The position numbers were made by a program, and so were the translations under genes. DNA of 41,310 nt, from the NCBI GenBank assembly GCA_041663145.1, contig JBAZRG010000005.1:1-41310 (forward strand), written 5' to 3'. Origin of the DNA: Minisyncoccota bacterium. GTDB lineage: Bacteria; Patescibacteriota; Minisyncoccia; Phycocordibacterales; PALSA-1337. The notes beneath the pieces were generated by a model that was not told where the DNA came from, did no database searches, and saw only the letters and a list, made by a program, of their open reading frames with translations. This document shows, one piece after another, positions 18,448 through 26,600 of this stretch; within the stretch, counting starts at the first letter, position 1, and each line of letters starts with the position of its first letter.

Positions 18448-19095
18448 ATGGCAAAATCAAAACCACAAAAAACTACTCAGGATTTTGTTCCCATTCAGGA
18501 GATTCGTGATGGAGTAATAATCCTCAAAAATGGCGGTATGCGCTCGATAATATTGGCATCATCGCTCAATTTTGCCTTGAAATCACAAGATGAACAGAGC
18601 TCGATCCTTATGCAATTTCAAAATTTTGTCAATTCTCTCGATTTTTCGATTCAGATTTTCATTCAATCGAAAAAACTCGATATCAGACCATATATAGCGC
18701 TCCTTGAGAACCGCTACAAGGATCAGCTCACTGAATTGATGAAAATACAGGTCAGGGAATACATAGACTTCATCAAAACATTCGTCGAAAATACAAATAT
18801 AATGTCAAAAAGCTTCTTCGTCGTCATTCCTTATGATCCAGCAATGATGAGTGCCAGCAAAAATCCACTCACAAACTTTCTACCACGAAAAGGCGATGCA
18901 GAGAGTCCAGCTGAAACAGCTGATGTTCGATTCCAAGAATATCGTAGTCAATTAGAGCAGAGGGTAGCCGTTGTCGAACAAGGACTGGTGCGTTGTGGTA
19001 TCAGGGTAGCTGAGCTCGGCACCGAAGAAGTCGTCGAGCTATATTACAAACTCTTCAATCCCGGCGAAACCGAGAAACCGATCCAAATAACATGA
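18448..19095 (+). CDS. Stand-alone VirB4 N-terminal-domain-like protein (no ATPase motifs)
   Basis: ORF 18394..19095. The ATG at 18448 follows the upstream TAA by 2 nt. TQDFVPIQEIRDGVIILKNGGMRSIILASSLNFALKSQDEQSSILMQFQNFVNSL resembles the N-terminal region of Gram-positive VirB4/TcpF/PrgJ-type proteins. No Walker motifs. ATGA overlap with the downstream VirB4-like gene. Confidence 0.6.
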   Translation: MAKSKPQKTTQDFVPIQEIRDGVIILKNGGMRSIILASSLNFALKSQDEQSSILMQFQNFVNSLDFSIQIFIQSKKLDIRPYIALLENRYKDQLTELMKIQVREYIDFIKTFVENTNIMSKSFFVVIPYDPAMMSASKNPLTNFLPRKGDAESPAETADVRFQEYRSQLEQRVAVVEQGLVRCGIRVAELGTEEVVELYYKLFNPGETEKPIQIT

Positions 19096-20915
19096 GTATA
19101 TTTTCAAAACTATTCCATAAAAAAGAGGAATCACCGATCGTTTCCATATTACCTGAAGAGATCTATCAGGCCGGCGTTTTGGAACTGAAAGACATCATCG
19201 CTCCTTCTGCTCTAAAGATCAACCCAAAAGAACTAAATCTAGGTGAAAAAGTTGGCAGAACACTATTCGTCATTTCATACCCACGATTTCTCGATGAAAG
19301 TTGGTTCGCTCCGATCATCAATCTAGACAAAGTATTCAACGTTTCTATATTCATCCATCCGGTAGACACCGCCAAGATTCTCCGACATTTCCAAAAGAAA
19401 GTTGCCGAAGTCCAAAGCCAGATATCTAGAAGGGAAGACAAGGGTTTGGTACGCGATCCAGCTCTGGATACAGCGTACCAAGATCTTGAAGCACTTCGCG
19501 ATCAACTCATGCAAGCTCAGGAACATCTTTTTGATGTTGGAGTTTACATCACTATATTCGCAGACAATGACAATGAGCTAGACAAACTAGAATCTGAAAT
19601 CAAATCGATCCTTGAATCAAAACTTGTTTATGTAAAACCAGCATTATTCCAACAAGAACAAGGCTTCAAAAGTGTTATTCCAATAGGAGATGATCAGCTC
19701 GCTGTACATTCCAAACTCAATTCTTCACCTCTTTCTAGTTTATTTCCATTTGTCTCATTCGATCTAACGTCAGACAAAGGCATCCTCTACGGTATCAATA
19801 GACACAATTCTTCTTTGGTATTGTTTGATAGATATTCTCTGGAAAACTACAATTCTGTAACATTTGCCGTAGCTGGAGCCGGAAAATCGTATTGCACAAA
19901 ACTTGAGATACTTCGCACACTCATGTTCGATACAGATGTTATCGTCATCGATCCGGAAAAAGAATATGAATACATGTCAGAAGCGACTGGTGGTAAATAT
20001 TTTAATATTTCTCTAAATTCCGAACATCATATCAATCCATTCGATTTGCCTATACCAACCGAAGATGAATCGGCCTCGGATGTTTTGCGTTCAAATATCA
20101 TCAATCTGGTAGGACTGTTCCGAATCATGCTTGGCGGTCTCACACAGGAAGAAGACGCCATCATCGATAGGGCAATATCAGAGACATATGCACTCAAAGA
20201 CATAACTCCAGAATCAGATTTTCGAACTGTCGAACCACCATTGTTATCAGATTTTGAACTAGTCTTGGCTGGCATGGAGGGTGGAGAATCGCTAGTACAG
20301 AGACTGACTAAATACACAAAAGGTACTTGGGCCGGTTTCATAAATCGTCCATCCAATGTCGACATAAATAAAAAATTCGTCGTATTTTCTCTGCGCGATA
20401 TGGAAGATGAACTCAAACCGGTAGCCATGTACATCGTAACTCACTATATCTGGAATGCCATTCGCAAAGTAAAAAAGAAAAGATTATTGGTGATCGACGA
20501 GGCCTGGTGGATGATGAAATCAGAAGATACGGCTTCATTCCTATTCGGTCTTGCCAAAAGAGGTCGCAAATATTTCCTAGGATTGGCGACGATCACGCAG
20601 GACGTAGATGACTTTCTAAAATCACCATACGGAATGCCGATTTTGACAAACTCATCCATCCAAGTACTTTTGAAACAGTCTCCGACGGTCATAGACCACA
20701 TCCAGCAGACATTTAACCTGACAAACGAAGAAAAGTACCTGTTACTCGAGTCTGATGTCGGTGAAGGCATGTTTTTCGTCGGTCTCAAACACGTAGCCAT
20801 CAAAATAGTGGCTTCTTACACCGAAGATCAGATAATTACCACAAATCCCGCTCAAGTCTTACAAATAGAAAAAGCCAAAAAAGATCTCGAGGCAGCCGAA
20901 CAGCTGAATAAATAA
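19092..20915 (+). CDS. VirB4/TrbE-like type IV secretion ATPase
   Basis: 607 aa. Walker A FAVAGAGKSYCTK, Walker B RLLVIDEAWWMM, GLATITQDVDDF, and an N-domain (GRTLFVISYPRFLDESWFAPII..VSIFIHP) typical of VirB4-family proteins. Confidence 0.9.
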   Translation: MSIFSKLFHKKEESPIVSILPEEIYQAGVLELKDIIAPSALKINPKELNLGEKVGRTLFVISYPRFLDESWFAPIINLDKVFNVSIFIHPVDTAKILRHFQKKVAEVQSQISRREDKGLVRDPALDTAYQDLEALRDQLMQAQEHLFDVGVYITIFADNDNELDKLESEIKSILESKLVYVKPALFQQEQGFKSVIPIGDDQLAVHSKLNSSPLSSLFPFVSFDLTSDKGILYGINRHNSSLVLFDRYSLENYNSVTFAVAGAGKSYCTKLEILRTLMFDTDVIVIDPEKEYEYMSEATGGKYFNISLNSEHHINPFDLPIPTEDESASDVLRSNIINLVGLFRIMLGGLTQEEDAIIDRAISETYALKDITPESDFRTVEPPLLSDFELVLAGMEGGESLVQRLTKYTKGTWAGFINRPSNVDINKKFVVFSLRDMEDELKPVAMYIVTHYIWNAIRKVKKKRLLVIDEAWWMMKSEDTASFLFGLAKRGRKYFLGLATITQDVDDFLKSPYGMPILTNSSIQVLLKQSPTVIDHIQQTFNLTNEEKYLLLESDVGEGMFFVGLKHVAIKIVASYTEDQIITTNPAQVLQIEKAKKDLEAAEQLNK

Positions 20916-20959
20916 TAAAAAAGACGCATAGATAAGTCACCAATGCTATAATCATCTAT

Positions 20960-21451
20960 ATGGCATCAATTGGGAATAAAGCAAAAGGTGGTGGCTGGTT
21001 GATCCTGTATATCATCACCGGCGTCGTCGATATTTTCCAGATCTTTGCAACCGCTACCGGAGTCGGAATCGTTGCAAGTGAAGCTCTAGAAGCTATCATG
21101 CCTTTTGTTTTGGCTGGCACACTCCAATTTTTGCTCAAAGTTTCACTGATTTCGCACCCATCTCGACTCTTATCTATTATCGGAGCAACAGGTTTTGATG
21201 CTTTAACTGGCGGTGTGGCTCCTTTTTGGATATTAGATGTCTGGTATGTACAAAGAACTGTCAAAAGTGAGGATACTGAAGTTTTGTCAGAGATGAATAA
21301 AGAGGCATTTATGAAACAAAACATCGCACAACCACTTTATAGCAATGGACGTCGTAATGTCACAACTTCCAATATCGAAAATACTGAAAATCAATCCAGA
21401 CCGGTTGTCATGGATGGAGTTCGGGCCCCTGGTGGGGGATTAAATAGATAA
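20960..21451 (+). CDS. Hypothetical small integral membrane protein
   Basis: 163 aa. Three hydrophobic segments in the first ~95 aa, then a polar tail. No family recognised. Confidence 0.6.
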   Translation: MASIGNKAKGGGWLILYIITGVVDIFQIFATATGVGIVASEALEAIMPFVLAGTLQFLLKVSLISHPSRLLSIIGATGFDALTGGVAPFWILDVWYVQRTVKSEDTEVLSEMNKEAFMKQNIAQPLYSNGRRNVTTSNIENTENQSRPVVMDGVRAPGGGLNR

Positions 21452-21501
21452 ATGGTGATAACTATATATTTGAATTCGTAATTCATGGTAAAATAATACC
21501 G

Positions 21502-22545
21502 ATGATTTCTCACTTCAAATTGACATTTGTATTGATCGGCATACTAATCGTTCCAATTTTGCTTACAAATACGGTAAATGCTCAAGGTATTCCATTTTCA
21601 GCCGGAGTGGAGCTTACAACTTCGACCGATAGTCCTGTACCCGGACAAGATCTCACCATAACAGCCAATAGTTATAGTGCGAATATAAACTCAGCCAAAA
21701 TAACTTGGACTGTAGACGGTAAGGTTGTGAGCAGAGAAGTTGGTAAAACCACACTAAACATAAAAGCTCCTGCCATAGGAAAGCGTATGATAGTCAAATT
21801 TAGTGCGGTAACGACTGATAATATAGCTCTATCGACTTCTATCACCATCACTTCCGGATCTATTGATCTAATAATCGAATCCGATGGGTATGTACACCCA
21901 TTCTTCAAGGGAAAAATACCGACAGTTTACCAAAATACCGTAAAAGTAATTGCCGTACCACACATCGCCAATTCTGCAGGCGTTGAATATGATCCGAAAT
22001 CTCTTGTGTATCAATGGAAAAAGAATGGACGAGCCATCGAAGACCAGTCTGGCTACGGAAAACAGTCTGTCACTTTGGAAGGGGATATCGTACCTCGCCC
22101 ATACGATCTCTCTGTTACAGCGACCCTCCGTGATGGGACTGCTCAAGCAATGGGTATCATCAGTATTTCAGCATCTTCTCCTAGTCTTAATTTCTACGTT
22201 AATGATCCTCTATACGGATCGATGTTCAACTCTGCCATAAAAAATCAGCTACGTATTGGCTCACAAAAAGAAATGGGTGTGATCGCTGTGCCATATGGAT
22301 TCAATGTCCAACAAAATAATTACAACAATCTCTCCCTAACTTGGTCTATTAACAATTCCACACGTTCCGAGCTGGCTGGAAATAAATCTATAATTCTCCG
22401 ATCTCCGAGTGGTCAGGCTGGTTCATCGAATATTAAGCTGGATATTAAAAATAACAAAAACATTTTACAAGGTGCAAATGGCGGTTTTTCAGCCGTATAT
22501 ACAGCCAACAATGACGATACAACAAACACAACTGTTACATTTTAA
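21502..22545 (+). CDS. Hypothetical secreted protein with three tandem beta-rich repeats
   Basis: 347 aa with a signal-like N-terminus (LIGILIVPILLTNTVNA/QG). Three ~100-aa units share the pattern V/I-x-A-x-P/N ... (I/L/V)-x-(W/Y)-x-(V/W/I) ... G ... x-(L/I)-x: ITANSYS..ITWTVDGK; VIAVPHI..LVYQWKKNGR; VIAVPYG..LSLTWSINNS. This suggests Ig-like or beta-sandwich domains. Confidence 0.7.
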   Translation: MISHFKLTFVLIGILIVPILLTNTVNAQGIPFSAGVELTTSTDSPVPGQDLTITANSYSANINSAKITWTVDGKVVSREVGKTTLNIKAPAIGKRMIVKFSAVTTDNIALSTSITITSGSIDLIIESDGYVHPFFKGKIPTVYQNTVKVIAVPHIANSAGVEYDPKSLVYQWKKNGRAIEDQSGYGKQSVTLEGDIVPRPYDLSVTATLRDGTAQAMGIISISASSPSLNFYVNDPLYGSMFNSAIKNQLRIGSQKEMGVIAVPYGFNVQQNNYNNLSLTWSINNSTRSELAGNKSIILRSPSGQAGSSNIKLDIKNNKNILQGANGGFSAVYTANNDDTTNTTVTF

Positions 22546-22554
22546 TACATAAAC

Positions 22555-23727
22555 ATGAATTCCAAATCAATCAATAAAACAATAAGCTTTCTACTCATAA
22601 TATTCGTATTTGGAGTACTTCCAACTTTTTCTGCAAAAGCCGAAGATACTTATACGCTTCTGGCACCTTTGCCTTGCATAGCGACTCCAGATACGACAGG
22701 CGTGGATGCACAGGGTAATGAGATAACTGTCCCTGGACAAAAATGCACAACAAGTGACCCAATCAAAAATATGAATCTGAAAGATTATCTGCAATATGCC
22801 GTAAATCTATTTATCGCTCTAGCATCTGTAGCGGCGGTATTTATGATCGTTCGAGGAGGTTTCCTGTACATGACCAGTACCATCCCTGGAATGAAAAATG
22901 ATGGATTGGCAATGGTTAAAAACGCTATTATCGGTCTTCTAATGGTCTTGTGTTCATATATCATCTTGCGCACAATCGATCCGAGATTGGTAAACTTGCC
23001 GTCAACGATCGTGCCACCGCTTGAGCTCTCCAGTAAATTGACAGACAAAACTGATGATTTCTTTGATTCGCTGATATCTGATGCACAAAAATACGATGCA
23101 TATGCCAAACAATTTGTAGAGGATGCTAGAGCAGCAAAAGTCGCATCCGCTGGACTGGAAGCACAAAAAGTAGATCTCCAGGAACAACTAAAGACTGCAA
23201 TGCAAAACAGCGATGAGACTGCGATAACAAACATTCAAAACCAAATATCTAATATTGACAATGAGATAGCCGAGAAAAAAAATTTGATTGATATAGACCT
23301 AGCAAAGTCAATAATGGATGGTGGGGTTTCCGCAACTTCACAAAAGATAAATATATTAGCCATGGATCAAAAACTCACTCTCGACGAAGTTGATAAAATT
23401 GTGGCTTCCAGTCTTGATTTTATCTCCGAGACTGCAAGAGAAAGAAATGCTAGTCTAGCAAGTCGTGGCGCCTATGATCAGATTCAAAAAATTGATGCTA
23501 AGGTGGTTGAAAGTGAAGTAGCTGTCCAATTAATAGGCGTTGAAGCTAAAGCAAGTGCATCTTGGACAGCTTGGTTTGGTTTGATTGGTAATTTAGACAA
23601 AGCAAAACTTAATTCAGAATTAGATAAAATTGCACCTCAAATAGGTGATATTCGTGATCCAGTTGTAAAAAAAGCTATGCAGGACAAATTCACTGCAATC
23701 AAAACAAAAATTTCAAAACTAAAATAA
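22555..23727 (+). CDS. T4SS-pilin-like (TrbC/VirB2-type) protein with long coiled-coil C-terminal extension
   Basis: 390 aa. Signal-like N-terminus (FLLIIFVFGVLPTFSAKA), then two hydrophobic helices joined by a short polar loop (YAVNLFIALASVAAVFMIVRGGFLYMTS..KNAIIGLLMVLCSYIILRTI), as in T4SS pilins. The remaining ~240 aa are a heptad-like Q/E/K/A/D-rich sequence. Confidence 0.65.
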   Translation: MNSKSINKTISFLLIIFVFGVLPTFSAKAEDTYTLLAPLPCIATPDTTGVDAQGNEITVPGQKCTTSDPIKNMNLKDYLQYAVNLFIALASVAAVFMIVRGGFLYMTSTIPGMKNDGLAMVKNAIIGLLMVLCSYIILRTIDPRLVNLPSTIVPPLELSSKLTDKTDDFFDSLISDAQKYDAYAKQFVEDARAAKVASAGLEAQKVDLQEQLKTAMQNSDETAITNIQNQISNIDNEIAEKKNLIDIDLAKSIMDGGVSATSQKINILAMDQKLTLDEVDKIVASSLDFISETARERNASLASRGAYDQIQKIDAKVVESEVAVQLIGVEAKASASWTAWFGLIGNLDKAKLNSELDKIAPQIGDIRDPVVKKAMQDKFTAIKTKISKLK

Positions 23728-23728
23728 G

Positions 23729-25006
23729 ATGAAAAACCGCTCAAACATCATCAGTATCGCTCTACTACTCATCGTCATTATGGCAGGTCTGGCATATTGG
23801 TACTTCGTATTCAACAAATCCGACAATGCAGATCCAGTCACAATCGATACTGGTGACGATACAGCCAACGGTTTTATGCCATTGAACGGTGATCCGAGCA
23901 TAACACCGGATTTTGGTACCGGTAATGATGACATCCGGGCAACGCCTGAGACAAATTCAGCCACACCAACATCAGCCACTATCCCGACACTCAGACTGCT
24001 CAGTAACACACCAGTGGGAGGATATGGCGCTTTAACAACAGCAACAACTACGATCATTCGTTGGGTAGATCGTGGAAGAGGTAATATTTTTGAAGTTAAT
24101 ACCTTGAAAAATGATGTTGTAACTTTATCAAATACAGTTCTGCCACGAGTATATGACAGTATTTGGAATACCAACCTTACTGCTTTCATTGGTACACTCA
24201 TATCGAGCGATTCATCAAAAACAACAACACTGTATGCTGAACTACAAAAACAAACCATACCAACATCAACAACTCCATTTTCGCTTAAAGGCAAAAACAT
24301 ATCCGACTCGCTGATCGGCTATGCAGTTTCTCCGAACGGCAATCAAATATTTCTAATGATCAATGAGAATGAGAAGGGCATAGGCTACACAGCCAATTTT
24401 GACGGCAGTCGTATGACTCGCATATTCGATACGCCGATGACCGAAGTCAACGTTGAATGGCCTGAAACAAACACAATAGCAATAACCACAAAGGGTATAT
24501 CTAGCCAGCCGGGTTTCCTTTATTTCGTAAATCCAAAAACCGGTGTATGGAAAAAAATTCTCGGTCCAGTATATGGTCTTTCTACTCGAACAAGCCATGA
24601 TGCAAAATATGTCATAGTTTCTGCTTCCGGCTCAAACAATGACGTCCTAACTGGTATTTACAATGTTACAAAATCGGCAAATACAGATGCAGTTGTTCGA
24701 ACATTGGCAGACAAATGTTCATGGGGAAACTTTTATAAAAAACTTGTTTACTGTGCAGTCCCATCAAAACCAACAAGTGGTGTATATCCCGATGCTTGGT
24801 ATAGAGGAACTCTCTCACTAGTGGACAAAATATGGCAAATCGACGCAGAAACCAACGAAGTTAACCTGATATCTTCGATAGTTGACGAATCCGACAGAGT
24901 CATCGACGCTTTCAATCTCGGTACAGACAATAAAGATCAATTCTTATTCTTTGTGAATAAGAACGACCTATCACTCTGGTCTCTAGACTTGGTCGCAAGC
25001 CAATAA
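23729..25006 (+). CDS. Hypothetical N-terminally anchored protein with beta-propeller-like (PD40/TolB-like) ectodomain
   Basis: 425 aa. TM IISIALLLIVIMAGLAYWYFVF, a disordered linker, then repeated strand-like blocks including YAVSPNGNQIFLM and SHDAKYVIVSAS, which resemble PD40-type blades. It starts 1 nt after the upstream stop. Confidence 0.65.
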   Translation: MKNRSNIISIALLLIVIMAGLAYWYFVFNKSDNADPVTIDTGDDTANGFMPLNGDPSITPDFGTGNDDIRATPETNSATPTSATIPTLRLLSNTPVGGYGALTTATTTIIRWVDRGRGNIFEVNTLKNDVVTLSNTVLPRVYDSIWNTNLTAFIGTLISSDSSKTTTLYAELQKQTIPTSTTPFSLKGKNISDSLIGYAVSPNGNQIFLMINENEKGIGYTANFDGSRMTRIFDTPMTEVNVEWPETNTIAITTKGISSQPGFLYFVNPKTGVWKKILGPVYGLSTRTSHDAKYVIVSASGSNNDVLTGIYNVTKSANTDAVVRTLADKCSWGNFYKKLVYCAVPSKPTSGVYPDAWYRGTLSLVDKIWQIDAETNEVNLISSIVDESDRVIDAFNLGTDNKDQFLFFVNKNDLSLWSLDLVASQ

Positions 25007-25015
25007 TCTGTTTAC

Positions 25016-25167
25016 GAGCTTGGTGAACATTGTTCCGAAACGATTCGCAATGTGATTTGAACCCCGAACAAATTGCCCATATTTGAGTAGTTCCATCTAC
25101 TCAAATATGGTTGCAATTTGGAGTGGGTGACCTTGCGAATCGTTTCGGAACAATGTTCACCAAGCTC
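25016..25167. repeat. 152-nt extended hairpin element with 35-bp perfect terminal arms (element D)
   Basis: Arms 25016..25050 (GAGCTTGGTGAACATTGTTCCGAAACGATTCGCAA) and 25133..25167 are exact reverse complements. The inner 14-bp helix CCATATTTGAGTAG/CTACTCAAATATGG surrounds loop TTCCAT, and CAAATTGC/GCAATTTG also pair. It fills the convergent spacer between the last T4SS-like gene and yidC. Confidence 0.9.
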
Positions 25168-25169
25168 AT

Positions 25170-25946
25170 TTAGACATTATTGCCTATATGCTTCACTGAT
25201 TGGAGATATTTTTTCCTAATATATAGCTCTTGGAGTAGGGTAGCGAAAGCACTAACTGACCAATATATAGCTATTATCGATGCCGCTTGGGGAAACTGGG
25301 CCGGAATCAACCAATATGTTGAGGCAAACGCTACTACCGGCAACATAAACTTCATCTGCTTATTCATCGAATGAGACAATTGTGAAGCCTTGTCGAGAGT
25401 TCCGCCATTGCGAAGAGTTTCTTCGGCCATGGATTTTTGTTGGCGCATTGCCACGGAGAAGTGCATCTGTAGATATTGGGCTAGAGCCGTGATCAGAGAC
25501 AAAATAATGCTCTTTTGTGTAAGATCTAGACCAAGCAATGTTGGTAGAACTACCGGTGGAGAAATAAAACTGTATAGAAGCGTAGGATCGATCGTTGGAA
25601 TGATCTTATAAAAAACCGAAATCAAGGCCAGCAATATCGGTAACTGGATGATGAGAAGTAAAATTCCTGAAAACGGCTTGATCTTCTTTTGTTTATACAA
25701 TTCCATGATCTTCAATGCCTGCTGTTGTTTGTCAGTAGAATATTGCGCTCTGATCTTGGCAGCTTCCGGCTCAACTTCTTTCATACGAACTTGGGTCAAT
25801 AGGGAGCTCTTGGAGAGGGGAAACAGTATGATACGGATGATAATGGTAAAGATAATAACAGCTACACCAACATCAATACCTGGCAATAGATCCATAATAC
25901 CGACGAGACCATTATAAAGAGGTAAAAATATAAATTTTGTATACAT
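25170..25946 (-). CDS. yidC: Membrane protein insertase YidC (short form)
   Basis: 258 aa. GVAVIIFTIIIRIILFPLS, MKEVEPEAAKIRAQY and MELYKQKKIKPFSGILLLIIQLPILLAL are typical of YidC/Oxa1. It is downstream of rnpA, as in the conserved rpmH-rnpA-yidC order. Confidence 0.9.
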   Translation of the reverse strand: MYTKFIFLPLYNGLVGIMDLLPGIDVGVAVIIFTIIIRIILFPLSKSSLLTQVRMKEVEPEAAKIRAQYSTDKQQQALKIMELYKQKKIKPFSGILLLIIQLPILLALISVFYKIIPTIDPTLLYSFISPPVVLPTLLGLDLTQKSIILSLITALAQYLQMHFSVAMRQQKSMAEETLRNGGTLDKASQLSHSMNKQMKFMLPVVAFASTYWLIPAQFPQAASIIAIYWSVSAFATLLQELYIRKKYLQSVKHIGNNV

Positions 25947-25970
25947 TGTGTTTGATATATAAATAGTATA

Positions 25971-26312
25971 CTACTTCAAAAGCCCACCTTTTACAAAGAG
26001 ATCCCTAATATCTTTTTCCAGATCGACTGTCTTGGCTTTCAATAAATCACTTTTTGCAAATACAATACCGTGAATATTGGTCAGTAAAGCAGGGTAAAGT
26101 GGACCGATTGCTTCATATATTTTGCGACGAAACCTATTGCGTAATACGGCTGTTTTAGCCACCTTGACCGGAACTACGGCCGCGATACGAGAACCTTCTA
26201 TCCCGTTGTCTCGATAGGCTCTCAAAATGAAAAAAGAAGAGTGCGTGACTCTCCCCGTTTTCATAACAACATTGAATTGTGGAACGGAAAGGCGTTGTGA
26301 ACGAGGAAGCAT
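25971..26312 (-). CDS. rnpA: Ribonuclease P protein component
   Basis: 113 aa, basic. FILRAY, VPVKVAKTAVLRNRFRRKIYEA (RNR-like motif). It starts 2 nt after the rpmH stop. Confidence 0.85.
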   Translation of the reverse strand: MLPRSQRLSVPQFNVVMKTGRVTHSSFFILRAYRDNGIEGSRIAAVVPVKVAKTAVLRNRFRRKIYEAIGPLYPALLTNIHGIVFAKSDLLKAKTVDLEKDIRDLFVKGGLLK

Positions 26313-26314
26313 AT

Positions 26315-26449
26315 TTATACAGCTACTTTTTGGCGTCCTTTTGCACGACGACGTGCCAAAACTTTTCGGCCTGAAGTGGTTTTCATGCGAACACGAAAAC
26401 CGTGAGATTTGGCTCGCTTACGTTTGTTTGGGTTGTACGTAAATGACAT
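26315..26449 (-). CDS. rpmH: 50S ribosomal protein L34
   Basis: Not in the supplied ORF track (44 aa). My translation of the minus strand from the ATG at 26449 is [44 protein letters not shown], with stop at 26315-26317. This is the classic L34 sequence. Confidence 0.9.
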   Translation of the reverse strand: MSFTYNPNKRKRAKSHGFRVRMKTTSGRKVLARRRAKGRQKVAV

Positions 26450-26600
26450 AAGACAAATATTACATTATTTTAGAAAAATAACAAGTAAAAATTATATTTT
26501 TCATGGTCGAAGAGATATTCACACCTTATCAACATATTTTATCACTCTCCACAAGTTTGCATAATTATAAACAGGTATATACTTAAAGCCACTAATTCCT

